Positions 48,301-58,235 of a stretch of 64,000 nt of DNA are shown here, piece by piece. The position numbers and the translations under genes are program-made. The DNA is from Fibrobacter sp. (lineage in GTDB: Bacteria > Fibrobacterota > Fibrobacteria > Fibrobacterales > Fibrobacteraceae): assembly GCA_024689485.1 (NCBI GenBank), contig JAILDK010000015.1:1921-65920 (forward strand). The letters run 5' to 3'. Each line of letters starts with the position of its first letter. Position 1 is the first letter of the stretch. A model generated the notes under the pieces. That model was not told the origin of the DNA, searched no databases, and was given only the letters and a program-made list of their open reading frames with translations.

Positions 48301-48791
48301 GCCGTTTCTTTATAAAGGCTGATCACGCCGACTGCAGAAACAAAGGCGCCCGCAATCATCATGTTGAACATGTGGGCGACACCCGTCGCAAGCCGCTGAT
48401 TGCCAAACATTTCCTTCACAAGGCCGTATTTGGCAGGGCTGCCAATCGCAAAGGACGTCGAAACAAGCAACACAAACCAGACGGCGATTTGAGGAAGTCC
48501 CACCGTCCAAAGAACACCGATGACGATCGAACCCGCGACAAAGCCGAGAGACGACCAGGCGACCACCTTTCCCTTTCCAAATCGGTCCGCTAAAAAGCCC
48601 GCGAGCGGGAAGAACAGCAGGTACGGCAAGTAGAACATCGCCTGCAAAAGAGCGCTGCAGATAATGCTTTCATTCGTATCCTTGACGACCGAATACTTGA
48701 GCCATTGTTCAAAAAAGAGAAAAAGCCCCATCTGGATAAAGGATGAGGCAAGAACCGAAACTAAATAAGGAAAGAGGCCTTTAACTTTCAT
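45396..48791 (-). CDS. MFS (LplT-like) / PlsC acyltransferase / AMP-binding acyl-ACP synthetase triple fusion (Aas-like), copy 1
   Basis: The N-terminal ~400 aa are polytopic MFS. The acyltransferase HX4D motif is GNHTSYIDW, with FPEGE. The adenylation domain has LFSSGSEGTPKGV, YGCTET and YKTGDKG..DGF. Size is 1131 aa. Confidence 0.85.
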   Translation of the reverse strand: MKVKGLFPYLVSVLASSFIQMGLFLFFEQWLKYSVVKDTNESIICSALLQAMFYLPYLLFFPLAGFLADRFGKGKVVAWSSLGFVAGSIVIGVLWTVGLPQIAVWFVLLVSTSFAIGSPAKYGLVKEMFGNQRLATGVAHMFNMMIAGAFVSAVGVISLYKETATLLGVDYLLWIFVGVAVLSEVAAFFIPKTAKDSESLQFRSPGRIFHATWYISLSRVIIIGLAVFWGLAQVFVLLSSSLSGEGFLSVIRNGLVFSAVGMMFGGYLTSRSSHQFIEVGLIPVSVLGCGVCAFLVPFVDNPILVRILYAFLGLFFGALGTVLNSLLLLYSRPASSGRIVAVSNMVTMLFLVFVIASEVLLLKYTSIDKQTFLFFFSLFLLAAFVWAFIRFPQSLIRTVFRAYYVFRYDLKIIGNENIPLEGPVLLLGNHTSYIDWVLLQMASPRSLRLAVNEDKLEHGYSRWILKLLGAIRINRRNTEPAMAQIRKALLQGEAVVIFPEGEIAKSCNIGRFSMDYSSAIKDTSAKLIPFYIQGVWGGKRSYADENVNFGEKLTSIVSIAFGKEIPAETETAKLRNILRELSMVAWSKSLSYYPTIVPFWLQAMKRRVRHRVAVYSPLGNHLTGYGLIQQALIYAHALKKIARKEERVGFMLPPSPEGVSMMLGIWTSGKTSVHLNFTSGVESVLKCIERSEIKTVFTSWALLNKMQNRGQDYFKLGTVCKLICVEDLDKVVNPFYRFIALASAVVLPTSLIELLYVKSAKPDDTAVILFSSGSEGTPKGVMLSHRNLVSNTQQTNAILCIHPHDVMLAELPIFHSFGLTVTVLLPLFEGIPMVTCSEPTDVKTMARVCAEFRVTILVGTPTFLRAVGINRWVHPMCFKHLRFVLSGAEKLRPEIRDLFARKFKKEIYEGYGCTETAPVATYNSEDVLLDDYLTMDPRSNLNSVGMAIPGVGVKIIDPITDEELPQGEQGMILVGGCQIMKGYLKDPERTKSVILEINGHRWYKTGDKGYLDKDGFVIIVDRYSRFAKLGGEMISLGAVEAKINDSGAIAGMDFIIVAIPDEVKGEKIVLLFAGDKDADEVLREIRKSGIPPMMIPGEAFKVDVVPKLGTGKADFSTAKKLAIELNAAKAK

Positions 48792-48824
48792 AAATCCCTT
48801 GGGAAGTTCGGTAAATTTAAGAAC

Positions 48825-51800
48825 TTATTGTTGTGCGAGTTCCAGAGCGATTTTCTTGGACGCCTTGAAATCCGCTTTACCCGTACCGAGCTTCGGAATA
48901 GCAGGCACCTTGAACGCGAGCCCCGGAACCATCAAAGGTGGAATTCCCGACTTGCGAAGGGCTCGGAGGACATCCGCCGGTTCCATTTCGATACCCGTGT
49001 ACAGAAGCACCAGGCATTCGCCCTTTGCACTGTCCGGAATCGATGTCACCATGTAGTCGCCCCCTTCGAGAATCTTCGTATCGTTGATGCGAATTTCCAC
49101 AGCGCCGAGCGAGATCATTTCACCGCCGAGCTTTGCAAAGCGGCTGTAACGGTCCACGATCGTGAGGAAGCCATCTTCGTCCAGATGACCCTTGTCGCCG
49201 GTACGATACCAACGACGGCCGTCGAGTTCGATGATCGCATCCTTCGTGTGCGAAGAATCCTTCAGATAGCCCTTCATCACCTGACATCCACCGATGAGAA
49301 TCATGCCATCTTCGCCGGTCGGAAGTTCCACGTTCGTTTCCGGATCGACGATCTTGTAGAGCGTTCCCGGAAGCGGCATGCCGACAGAGCCTGGCTTATT
49401 GTTCACCTGCATCGTCAGGTAGTCATTCAAAAGGTTGTTTTCAAAGTTCACCGAGGCGACAGGAGCCGTTTCCGTGCAGCCGTAGCCTTCAAAGATTTCC
49501 TTGCCGAACTTGAGTCGGAAGGCCGTGCTGATTTCCGGGCGAAGTTTTTCTGCACCCGCAATGATCAGGCGCAGATACTTGAAGCACATCGGGTGCACCC
49601 AGCGGTTCACGGTAAAGGCACGGAGGAACGTCGGCGTGCCAACGAATGCCGTCACATGGAATTCGGCGCAGACACGTGCCATCGTCTTCACGTCCGTCGG
49701 GTCTGCCACCACCACAATCGGAGTGCCTTCGATTAAGCAGAGGAGCACGTTCACCGTGAGGCCGAACGAGTGGAAGAGCGGAAGTTCCGCAAGCATCACG
49801 TCGTTCTTCGTCGGGTTGAAAATGCAAGAAAGCTGAGCGCAGTTACCGATCATATTGTAATGAGTCAGTTCCACACCCTTAGGAACACCTTCCGTTCCCG
49901 AGCTAAAGAGCACCACGGCAGTATCGTTCAACTTCACATTCTTCTTGAAGTAGAAGAACTTGATGAGCGAAATCGGAAGAAGTACGCCCATGAGCATGTG
50001 GAAGACCATTTTCCACTTCGGAATACTCTTCATCACATCTTCGGCGTAAACCAGGTTGCACTTTTCCGCAAGGACCGAGTAATCGGTTCCCTTCTGCTTC
50101 AAGCGCTGCAAAAAGACTCGGCTCGTAATCACCGTCTTCACATCGGCGCGTTCCATGCACTTCAAAACGATATCCGGCGCAGACGTGTAATTCAGGTTCA
50201 CATTCACCTTACCGGTAACCCAGCCTGCGAGGTTTGCAATAATGCCACCGCCCGAAGGGGGAAGCATAATGCCCACATGCTTCTGACCGGAAAGCATCTT
50301 CTTAAAGACGCGGCTAAAGGCAAGGGTTGCACAGAGAAGCTTGTAACCGGAAAGGTGCGCCCCGTCCGGGCTGTAAATCGACGGACCGGAACCCACCACC
50401 TTCTTACAGGCGACAAGCCAGGATTCCGCAATCGGCTTATAGGCGCGCAAGGAAGAGCACCAGGCGTCAATCGAGATTTCACGGACAATGTTTCGAATCT
50501 TATTCGGTTCCGTTTCCTTCGGCACCGGAGCGCCAAACGAAATCGTGATAATGCGAGTGAGCTTCGCCGAAAGGGACTGCGCATCCGCCGCTGCCGTATA
50601 GGCAAAACGGCTGCCCCACAAGCCCTGGATATAGAACGGCACAATCACCGCATCCGTATCCTTGATCGCTTCGGAATAATCAAAGCGGAACGGACCGACA
50701 AACGGAGTCTTTGCCACTTCGCCTTCCGGGAAGAGCACCACGGCTTCGCCATTCTTCAAAGCTTCGTGAATCTGCTTCAAGGCTTCCGCTTCATTGTTCT
50801 TATGAATACGGATAACGCCCATCCGCTTTAGGACCCAGCGCAAAGTCCACTTTTCATAGTGATCCTTGTTACTTGCAATACGAAGCGGACGCGGAGTCGC
50901 CATCTGCAAAACAGCCCAGTCGATAAAGCTGAAGTGGTTTCCCAAAAGCAGAACCGGACCATCGGTCGGGATATTGTTCAAGCCCAAAACTTTCAAACGG
51001 TACGAGCTAAAGAACGTGCGCAAGAGCGAGCGGAGCAAGGCCTGCGGCAAATGCTTGAGAGAATAAGCAAAGCCGATGAGCGAAATCACCGCGAGCGTCA
51101 AGAAGAGAATCGGGAAAATCGCATGGCGTTCATCCGGGAACAGCTTCTGCGTATAATGAATGATCAGCGTTTCAAAGCCGAGGAAAAGTCCGAGGATCAC
51201 AATCTGGATCAAGTTCGAAACGGCAAGAATTCGACCGGAATTCGTCGGAACCGTGTTGTACTGCAACAGGGCGTTCAACGTCACAAGGAACATCGAGCTG
51301 AAGAAACCGATCAAGAAGAAAATGACCGACACCAGGAACTGGGTGTGCAGAAGCGGAACGAGCAAGAAGCAGATCGAGGAACCCAAGGCTCCCATCGGCA
51401 CAAGGCCCGTTTCAATAAAGTCCTTGGAGGCGCGCGCTACAATCAAGGATCCGAGCAACAAACCGAGGACCGCAAAGAAAAGACCGTTCTTGAAAAGGAC
51501 AATCGTATCGCTCCAATTCGAATTCTGCTGGAAGAGCATCACAAAGATCTGCATGCCCGCCCAGAAGATCGAGATTCCCACAATGCAAGCGCGCACGGTC
51601 GGAAGCTTCCACGTATGGACGACATTGTTCATCACCGAAGAACGGCGCACCGAAGCGTATTCTCGGCCGACCTTCGGAATAAAGAACGCAAGCACCGTCG
51701 AAACAAGGCTCACCGCCATAAAGACCCAAGGCCAAGCCACCGCCTTCCGCAAAAACTGCTTCACGGACGGCGCAGAATTAAACGTGGAATCCAAAGAATC

Positions 51801-52274
51801 CAGGCCCGGAACAAGAAGCGCGGCAAGCACCAAAGCCGCCACCGTAAAAATCTGGAGGAAGGCGTTCGAATAGCCGAGGAGCTTTGTCCCGAACATTTCC
51901 TTCAGCACACCGTACTTCGCCGGACTGTGAATCGCAAAAGCGGAAGCCGTCAAAAGGGTAAAGAAGATAGCCAAATTGTAGAACTTGAGGGTGTAAAAGA
52001 CACCCGTCGCAATCAAGGACGCGGTCATCAACATGGAAGTCCAAGCGATCACGCGACTCTTCGAAAAACGGTTCGAAAAGAAGCTCGCCGGCACGACCAT
52101 AAAGACGAACGGCAAAAGGAAGAACGATTGGAATAACGCACTCCAGAACAGAAGCTGCGAACCGACATAGTGCGTCGCAATCACCTTCTGCGTAAAGACA
52201 AAATGCCCCATCACCGCGAAGTTCGTGAGGAAGATGGAAAGGAATAAGGGCCAAACCCCTTTAATTTTCCACAT
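48825..52274 (-). CDS. MFS (LplT-like) / PlsC acyltransferase / AMP-binding acyl-ACP synthetase triple fusion (Aas-like), copy 2
   Basis: Architecture matches copy 1: GNHFSFIDW, FPEGE, LFSSGTEGVPKGV, YGCTET, YRTGDKG. Size is 1149 aa. It is a tandem paralog of copy 1. Confidence 0.85.
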   Translation of the reverse strand: MWKIKGVWPLFLSIFLTNFAVMGHFVFTQKVIATHYVGSQLLFWSALFQSFFLLPFVFMVVPASFFSNRFSKSRVIAWTSMLMTASLIATGVFYTLKFYNLAIFFTLLTASAFAIHSPAKYGVLKEMFGTKLLGYSNAFLQIFTVAALVLAALLVPGLDSLDSTFNSAPSVKQFLRKAVAWPWVFMAVSLVSTVLAFFIPKVGREYASVRRSSVMNNVVHTWKLPTVRACIVGISIFWAGMQIFVMLFQQNSNWSDTIVLFKNGLFFAVLGLLLGSLIVARASKDFIETGLVPMGALGSSICFLLVPLLHTQFLVSVIFFLIGFFSSMFLVTLNALLQYNTVPTNSGRILAVSNLIQIVILGLFLGFETLIIHYTQKLFPDERHAIFPILFLTLAVISLIGFAYSLKHLPQALLRSLLRTFFSSYRLKVLGLNNIPTDGPVLLLGNHFSFIDWAVLQMATPRPLRIASNKDHYEKWTLRWVLKRMGVIRIHKNNEAEALKQIHEALKNGEAVVLFPEGEVAKTPFVGPFRFDYSEAIKDTDAVIVPFYIQGLWGSRFAYTAAADAQSLSAKLTRIITISFGAPVPKETEPNKIRNIVREISIDAWCSSLRAYKPIAESWLVACKKVVGSGPSIYSPDGAHLSGYKLLCATLAFSRVFKKMLSGQKHVGIMLPPSGGGIIANLAGWVTGKVNVNLNYTSAPDIVLKCMERADVKTVITSRVFLQRLKQKGTDYSVLAEKCNLVYAEDVMKSIPKWKMVFHMLMGVLLPISLIKFFYFKKNVKLNDTAVVLFSSGTEGVPKGVELTHYNMIGNCAQLSCIFNPTKNDVMLAELPLFHSFGLTVNVLLCLIEGTPIVVVADPTDVKTMARVCAEFHVTAFVGTPTFLRAFTVNRWVHPMCFKYLRLIIAGAEKLRPEISTAFRLKFGKEIFEGYGCTETAPVASVNFENNLLNDYLTMQVNNKPGSVGMPLPGTLYKIVDPETNVELPTGEDGMILIGGCQVMKGYLKDSSHTKDAIIELDGRRWYRTGDKGHLDEDGFLTIVDRYSRFAKLGGEMISLGAVEIRINDTKILEGGDYMVTSIPDSAKGECLVLLYTGIEMEPADVLRALRKSGIPPLMVPGLAFKVPAIPKLGTGKADFKASKKIALELAQQ

Positions 52275-52297
52275 ATTTAGCCAACCTTTATGCTTTC

Positions 52298-53119
52298 TTA
52301 GAACTTCAGGTGCGCAGCGCAGCCCAAAGTATATCCGTAATACAAACTAGCCGCATCATTCGTATATTCCCAAAGCGGAATATTGAAGTACGGTTCCACC
52401 TCGATCAGCCCCAAATTGACAGTCACCTTCGGTTCAATGCCAATCGACATCGTATAGCCGAATTCATCTTCCGCCGAGTAGCCCACTGCGCGGACATTGC
52501 CCGGCGTATTCGAAATAAAGCTTCCATCGCTACCATACAGGAATTCAAACGGGAAACCAAGTCCCACACGGACCACGCCAAAATTGAATTCCGGACGGAT
52601 CAACACGTAAATTTCATCCGTCGAACGATCGTTAAAATCCCAGAAATACCAGCTGTGCAGACGCACGCCAAAAGACTTCCAGTCGCCATAAAAATTCGTA
52701 CCGCCAAAAATCAAAGCCGGAGACGGTTTATCCCCGTTGCCAAGAAGCTTTTTTGATCCCGCCGGGAACACGAATTCCAGAAATCCCGCTGACGACGGAG
52801 AACCATACTTAAAGCCGAGAATCGGGCCCCAAACGCCCGTCACGCTCTTCATGCCGTCATCGCGAATCGGGTAGGTAAAGTTGAATTCAATTCCGCGAGC
52901 TGGGCTCACGCGAATGGTCGGCATCAGGTTCAACTGGGATTCTTCCGCATCATCCGAAAGGTCCGCGTCGTTATCGTCGTGGAAAACCGAGCGGTAGAAA
53001 ACACCGTAAGCGTTCAAATCCACCTGGAAAGTCTTCGAGATCACGCCGTATTCATTCATCATCGCATAGGCGGAAGACGTCAAGACGGCGAACAGGGCAA
53101 ACGCGAAAAGTTTTCTCAT
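52298..53119 (-). CDS. outer-membrane beta-barrel protein, function unknown
   Basis: I trimmed the start to MRKLFAFALFAVLTSSAYA, a signal peptide. Beta-strand periodicity runs throughout and the C-terminus is ..AAHLKF. The stop lies 23 nt upstream of Aas-like copy 2. Confidence 0.6.
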   Translation of the reverse strand: MRKLFAFALFAVLTSSAYAMMNEYGVISKTFQVDLNAYGVFYRSVFHDDNDADLSDDAEESQLNLMPTIRVSPARGIEFNFTYPIRDDGMKSVTGVWGPILGFKYGSPSSAGFLEFVFPAGSKKLLGNGDKPSPALIFGGTNFYGDWKSFGVRLHSWYFWDFNDRSTDEIYVLIRPEFNFGVVRVGLGFPFEFLYGSDGSFISNTPGNVRAVGYSAEDEFGYTMSIGIEPKVTVNLGLIEVEPYFNIPLWEYTNDAASLYYGYTLGCAAHLKF

Positions 53120-53168
53120 GGACAAATCCTTTTTAAAAAAGATTTCAATACCAACCAAAAATAGCTTT

Positions 53169-54545
53169 TTACGCCAGAAGTTTTTCCAGTTCATTGATTT
53201 CACGCGGGATTTCAGCGGAAATATCTTCACAACCGTCTTCAGTCACAAGCAAATCATTTTCGATGCGAATTCCCACGTCTTCGGCGTAATGCAAGCCGTC
53301 CAAATCGATTTCAAAAAAGCCGTAAAGTCCCGGTTCGTTCGAAAGGAGCATTCCCGGTTTCAAAGGCTTTTGCATGTAGCAGCGGAACGGATCCCCTTCA
53401 TGGATCTGCTCGCCGATCAAATGGCTCACCCCATGCGGGCGGCGGTCATAAAGCAATTTGAACTTGCCGCCCTTTGCCACAAAGCGTTCCTGCAGGGCGT
53501 CCCAGATAAAGTTCCAGACCATCGGATTCAAATCAGCGAGCTTTGCGCCCGGCTTTACGTTCTTCTGGTGGAATTTTTGAGCGTCGAGAACGATCGTGTA
53601 AAGAATTTTCTGCAACGGATTGAACTTGCCGTTCACCGGGACCGTGCGCGAAATATCGCTGTGCTGCGTCCCCGCGCGAATGCCAAAATCCATCAGCAAA
53701 AGCTTTCCCGGTTCCAGTTCTTCGTCATTTTTCACATAATGCAGGCAGCAGGCGTTTTTGCCGTTCGCCATGATCGTCGGGAATGCGAGATCACCGTCGC
53801 TCTGAACCTGCATTTTGTAGTCTAAAAACAGCTGCGCTTCGCGTTCTGTACTAAAATTCTTCAAATTTTTCAAAAAATCGCCAAAAGCGTTGTTCGTCCA
53901 GACCTGAGCCCGGCGAGAATCCGCGATGCGGGCGTCATCCAAAATGACGCGCAAATCAAAGTGCTTTTCGGCAAGGCTCTTGACTTCCAAGCGGCCCGCA
54001 AAACGCTTTTTGACTTCCTCGGCAAACTTCGCATTGTGATCGTCCGAAACAGACTTGGTGCCAAAGGTGTCCGCAAATTCAAGGTAAAAGGCTTCAAGCG
54101 TCTTCAAGTCCTGCTTTTGAACCTGGGAATTCAGGTATTTCCAGAATTCATCTTCGGGGAGAATCGTCTTAAAACCGGTCAATTCCTGCATTTCAGCGAG
54201 GGTTTCTTCGGAATAGGCGGCCTTGAGACCGGTCCAAAATTCCTTATTGGCGTCTTTTTTCGGCAAAAAGAGCACTTCGCGGCGGTCTGCATCGACGGCA
54301 TGCGGGTCGAGTAAAAGCTTGCAACCCGCCTGATTGAGGCCCGTGAGGAACAGAAAGCTCGGTTCCTGCACCATTTTATTCCAGATTTCGACGTAGACTT
54401 CTTCTGTGCCAGGATTCTGCTCAATTCCGCAAAAAAGGCCAATCGTGTCAAGTTTTTGAAGAAGAGCCTCTCGGCGGGAATGATAAACCTGAGCCGCCGG
54501 CACATCGCCGACAGGCTCGATAAAGACCTGGGAATAGCGATTCAT
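53169..54545 (-). CDS. Xaa-Pro aminopeptidase (M24B family)
   Basis: The metal-ligand motifs are DFGIRAG.., HGVSHLIGEQIHE, NEPGLY and IRIENDLLVT. Confidence 0.85.
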   Translation of the reverse strand: MNRYSQVFIEPVGDVPAAQVYHSRREALLQKLDTIGLFCGIEQNPGTEEVYVEIWNKMVQEPSFLFLTGLNQAGCKLLLDPHAVDADRREVLFLPKKDANKEFWTGLKAAYSEETLAEMQELTGFKTILPEDEFWKYLNSQVQKQDLKTLEAFYLEFADTFGTKSVSDDHNAKFAEEVKKRFAGRLEVKSLAEKHFDLRVILDDARIADSRRAQVWTNNAFGDFLKNLKNFSTEREAQLFLDYKMQVQSDGDLAFPTIMANGKNACCLHYVKNDEELEPGKLLLMDFGIRAGTQHSDISRTVPVNGKFNPLQKILYTIVLDAQKFHQKNVKPGAKLADLNPMVWNFIWDALQERFVAKGGKFKLLYDRRPHGVSHLIGEQIHEGDPFRCYMQKPLKPGMLLSNEPGLYGFFEIDLDGLHYAEDVGIRIENDLLVTEDGCEDISAEIPREINELEKLLA

Positions 54546-54639
54546 GCCTTAAAATCTAAATTTTTTAACAAATTCAGTCCAAAAAAATCCATTTTTCTAT
54601 ATATATTTCGGTTAACATCATTCATGCATGGAGCTTATC

Positions 54640-54960
54640 ATGTCTTTATCTAAAATTTGGAAACTCGCCCTCGCTTCTCTTTGCGCCCTTTCCCTCGCTG
54701 CTTGCGCTGGCTCTCGCCAGGGTGGTGACGAAGCTTACGAAGAAGGCGGCGAATACTCCGAAGAATCGGAAGGCGGTTCCGCAAAGGCTCAGAAGGTTGA
54801 CGAAGACGAACTCAAGAAGACTCAGGAAGCTGCTGTGAAGGCTACGGAAGAAAACCACGAACTCCGTCGTCAGATTTTCGAAGCCAAGACTCAGCTCGGT
54901 ATTTCCACGCAGACTCAGACGGAAGAACCTGCCGCTGAAGAAGCTGCTGACGTTCAGTAA
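54640..54960 (+). CDS. small lipoprotein with an acidic/coiled-coil region, function unknown
   Basis: Lipobox LSLAACAG. The ATG at 54640 lies 6 nt after GGAG. It sits immediately upstream of phoH. Confidence 0.55.
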   Translation: MSLSKIWKLALASLCALSLAACAGSRQGGDEAYEEGGEYSEESEGGSAKAQKVDEDELKKTQEAAVKATEENHELRRQIFEAKTQLGISTQTQTEEPAAEEAADVQ

Positions 54961-54963
54961 TTG

Positions 54964-55935
54964 ATGGATTCAGAAGTACGTTATCCTCTTTCCGATGATT
55001 TGAAACGAATCATCGCGGGTGAAAATGAAACGGTTTTCCGCATGGTGGAAGACCGTTTTTCCGTTATTATTCACTCAAGGCTTCCCGGACTTCGCATCGA
55101 AGCCAAGGGCAAAAAAGCCGATATTCAGGGAGCCCTCGCCCTACTCGACCAGGTAAAGCTCGCCGCGAAGAACGGCACCTTCCTTTCCAAGGGTTTCCTT
55201 TCCCGCTTGGCAGACGACAAGTCCAAGCCTTCTTCCAAAAAGAAAGGCACGTCCAAGCCATTCATTCCCGACACGCCGATTCTGAGGAACAAGCTCGGTC
55301 TCCCGGTCGTCCCCAAGACCGCTTCGCAGGCGGAGCTCGTCAAAGCCTGTGAATCGAACGACATCATCTTTGCCGACGGTCCTGCCGGTACTGGTAAAAC
55401 CTTCCTCGCTGTCGCGATTGCGGTCGCAAGCCTAGAGCGTCATGAAGCAGAACGGATCTGCCTTGTACGTCCGGCGGTGGAAGCCGGAGAATCCCTCGGT
55501 TACCTTCCGGGCGATTTAAAGGAAAAGATCGCCCCGTACTTGCGTCCTATTCAGGATAGCCTCGCGGAACTTTTGCCGCAGGAAAAACTCCGCAAGTACC
55601 AGGAAGACGGCTTGATCGAAGTCGCGCCCCTCGCCTATATGCGCGGACGCACGCTCAAGCACGCCTTTATCATTTTGGACGAAGCGCAGAACACAACCAT
55701 CCCGCAGATGCAGATGTTCCTCACGCGACTCGGCCAGCATTCCAAAGCCATTATCACCGGCGACTCTTCGCAGATCGACCTCGGTCCGCGTCAGGTTTCC
55801 GGCTTTGCACATGCAATCCGCTTGCTGTCAAAGATCCAGGGCATTGCGCATATCGCGTTCCCGCAGACCGACGTTCTCCGTCATCCGCTGGTCCGTGAAA
55901 TCGTGAAAGCCTATGAACATGGAGGCAAAAAGTGA
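54964..55935 (+). CDS. phoH: PhoH-family ATPase
   Basis: Walker [21 protein letters not shown] and [10 protein letters not shown] are present. Size is about 323 aa. Confidence 0.9.
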   Translation: MDSEVRYPLSDDLKRIIAGENETVFRMVEDRFSVIIHSRLPGLRIEAKGKKADIQGALALLDQVKLAAKNGTFLSKGFLSRLADDKSKPSSKKKGTSKPFIPDTPILRNKLGLPVVPKTASQAELVKACESNDIIFADGPAGTGKTFLAVAIAVASLERHEAERICLVRPAVEAGESLGYLPGDLKEKIAPYLRPIQDSLAELLPQEKLRKYQEDGLIEVAPLAYMRGRTLKHAFIILDEAQNTTIPQMQMFLTRLGQHSKAIITGDSSQIDLGPRQVSGFAHAIRLLSKIQGIAHIAFPQTDVLRHPLVREIVKAYEHGGKK

Positions 55936-58223
55936 ACAAGAAGTCTCTCAAGCTCCACCTGATCATCGGATGGGCAATCATCGTCGCCCTGGGAATCGTT
56001 CTGTTCCCGGACAAGGACCTTGCCCAAAAATCCGAAGTTCCCCACTTGGGGCAGATCAGCGCCCGCACGATCGTCGCGCCGATTTCTTTTGAAGTGCCCA
56101 AGTCCGCACAGGAAATCGCGAACGAAAAGGCGCGTGCCGCCGACAAGGTTTACGCGGTCTTCGAATTCAACCACGACGAAACGGTCCGCATTGCAAACGA
56201 CTTGAAGTCTTACCTCACAAAAGTCGCCCGCTATGGAGCCTTGCAGGCAGAGATTTCCGCGGAATCCGCGGACGCCGCCGATTCTTCCTTGCAGTTGAAG
56301 GTGCAGCAGGCTTCTCAGGCTTTCCATGTGCTGACCAAGCGCCTTTCGAACACCGCCGTGCAGCAGCTCTCTTCGAGCAAGCGCGCCCGAGATTCCCTCG
56401 AAAGCGTCTTTAACCGCATGCTTGACAACGGCGTTTCGAACACGCTCCTCGCCACGAATAATACAAGTGTCCAGCTTTTCCGCGATACGTATAACGTTCA
56501 GGACGTGAACTACATTCCGTATTCCAAAACGGAAGTTTCCTTTGTACGCGACAACGAAGAACGCAAGCTCGACGCAAGCCGCATTCAGCCGCGCGAACGT
56601 GCGATCGACGAAGCCTTTACTGACCTGCAGCAGTACTTCAAAAACCAAGGCTTGCAGAGCGCTTTCTACGAAGCTTTGTATGTGTTCACCCTGCCGAACG
56701 TCTTTTACCTGAAGAAAGAAACGGAACACCGCCGCGTCGCCGCCGAAGCCCAAGTGAACGCATCCAAGGGTATGGTTCCCCGTGGCATGGAACTGATTTC
56801 CCAAGGCTCGATCGTTACCAAGGATGTGCTTGAACGTTTGGAAGCTTTGCAGAACGCGCTTCAGAAAGAAGAAGGTTCTCGCCACTTCACCGCGGTCTAC
56901 GGCCAGATGATCTTTATCGCGGTCATCATTACGCTCTTCTTCCTGTACTTCTTCTATTTCAATGCCAAGCGTTTCCGCAATCGCCGTCAGCTGTGGTCGA
57001 TCGTTACGCTTGCCGCCCTGCAGCTGATCGCTTTTGCGGCGATTCACCATTTTACCGGTTACATTCAAAAGACTTCGACAACCATTCCGGATATCGACGT
57101 CATTTGGTTCTACCCGTTTGTGCTTTCCCCGGTGATTGCGACCGTTCTTTATGACCGCCGTATCGGTACGCTGTTTGCGGTTTTCTCCGCGTCGTTCCTC
57201 GGCATTCTTTCGGGCTATGACCTTTCGACGTCGATGCTCGCCTTTGGAATTTCGTGGGCGGGGCTGCACAACTTGAACAGCATCCGTTACCGTTCGCAGT
57301 TCATTTGGAGCATTATCTTTGCGATCCTCGCCTTTGCCGTCGCCCTCGCGATTCAGCTCTTGCTGCGCAACCGCTTTAACTGGGAAATCATTTACCCGAC
57401 CTTTATCGCAGGCGTCATCAACATCGTCTTCTGGAGTGCGATTTCCTCGGTGCTCTTGATTCACCTTTCGGAACGTATCTTCGGCATTACGACGGACTTG
57501 ACGCTCATGGAACTTTCGGACTTCAACCGTCCGGCCTTAAAGCGCATTTCCGATCTTTCCCCGGGAACCTTCCACCATTCGATCCAGGTGGCAAACCTCG
57601 CCGAAAAGGTTGCCGACGAAATCGGTGCAAACGCGCTCCTGGTGCGCACCATGGCGCTTTACCACGACATCGGCAAGACCATGCGACCGGAATTCTTCAC
57701 CGAAAACCAGAAGCAGGGCATCAACCCGCACAAGAACCTGCAGCCGCGTGATTCCGCAAAGATCATCATCAGCCACGTGACACAGGGCCTTGACCTCGCC
57801 AAGGAATTCAAGCTGCCGACAGTCATCAGCAACGGCATCGCCGAACACCACGGCACGGGCATCGTCCAATACTTCTACCAGGAATCGAAAAAGCTCGATC
57901 CGGAAAACACCCGCGTCGAAGACTTTACGTATCCGGGTCCGAAGCCGCAGTCGAAGGAAACCGCCATCCTCATGATTTCGGACGTGATCGAAGCTTCGAG
58001 CCGCGCCATGTCGGATCCGAGCGCCGAAAAGCTCGAAGACCTCGTCAATACGACCATCAACGCTCGTTTGAACGAAGGTCAGCTTTCGGAAAGCGGACTC
58101 AATCTGCACGACCTTTCAAAGCTCTCCAAGGCATTCCTGCAGAGCCTCGACGGTACGTACCATACGCGTATAAAATATCCCGCTGCGGCACTTGCAGCGG
58201 GAAGAATCGGACGTCAAGTTTAA
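55932..58223 (+). CDS. 7TM receptor with intracellular HD hydrolase domain (PgpH/YqfF-like)
   Basis: It has an N-terminal extracytoplasmic domain, seven TM helices and an HD domain (GTFHHS, YHDIGK, EHHGT). The GTG start overlaps the phoH TGA. Confidence 0.85.
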   Translation: MNKKSLKLHLIIGWAIIVALGIVLFPDKDLAQKSEVPHLGQISARTIVAPISFEVPKSAQEIANEKARAADKVYAVFEFNHDETVRIANDLKSYLTKVARYGALQAEISAESADAADSSLQLKVQQASQAFHVLTKRLSNTAVQQLSSSKRARDSLESVFNRMLDNGVSNTLLATNNTSVQLFRDTYNVQDVNYIPYSKTEVSFVRDNEERKLDASRIQPRERAIDEAFTDLQQYFKNQGLQSAFYEALYVFTLPNVFYLKKETEHRRVAAEAQVNASKGMVPRGMELISQGSIVTKDVLERLEALQNALQKEEGSRHFTAVYGQMIFIAVIITLFFLYFFYFNAKRFRNRRQLWSIVTLAALQLIAFAAIHHFTGYIQKTSTTIPDIDVIWFYPFVLSPVIATVLYDRRIGTLFAVFSASFLGILSGYDLSTSMLAFGISWAGLHNLNSIRYRSQFIWSIIFAILAFAVALAIQLLLRNRFNWEIIYPTFIAGVINIVFWSAISSVLLIHLSERIFGITTDLTLMELSDFNRPALKRISDLSPGTFHHSIQVANLAEKVADEIGANALLVRTMALYHDIGKTMRPEFFTENQKQGINPHKNLQPRDSAKIIISHVTQGLDLAKEFKLPTVISNGIAEHHGTGIVQYFYQESKKLDPENTRVEDFTYPGPKPQSKETAILMISDVIEASSRAMSDPSAEKLEDLVNTTINARLNEGQLSESGLNLHDLSKLSKAFLQSLDGTYHTRIKYPAAALAAGRIGRQV

Positions 58224-58235
58224 GCGTTCGAAGTT

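Noticed and set aside
45195-48593. 1132-aa plus-strand ORF antisense to Aas-like copy 1, and the shorter ORFs 48828-49736, 49770-50831 and 50859-52136 antisense to copy 2
   Set aside because: This is the same in-register shadow effect. The translations are Arg/His/Lys-rich nonsense, while the minus-strand products carry clear MFS, HX4D and AMP-binding motifs.
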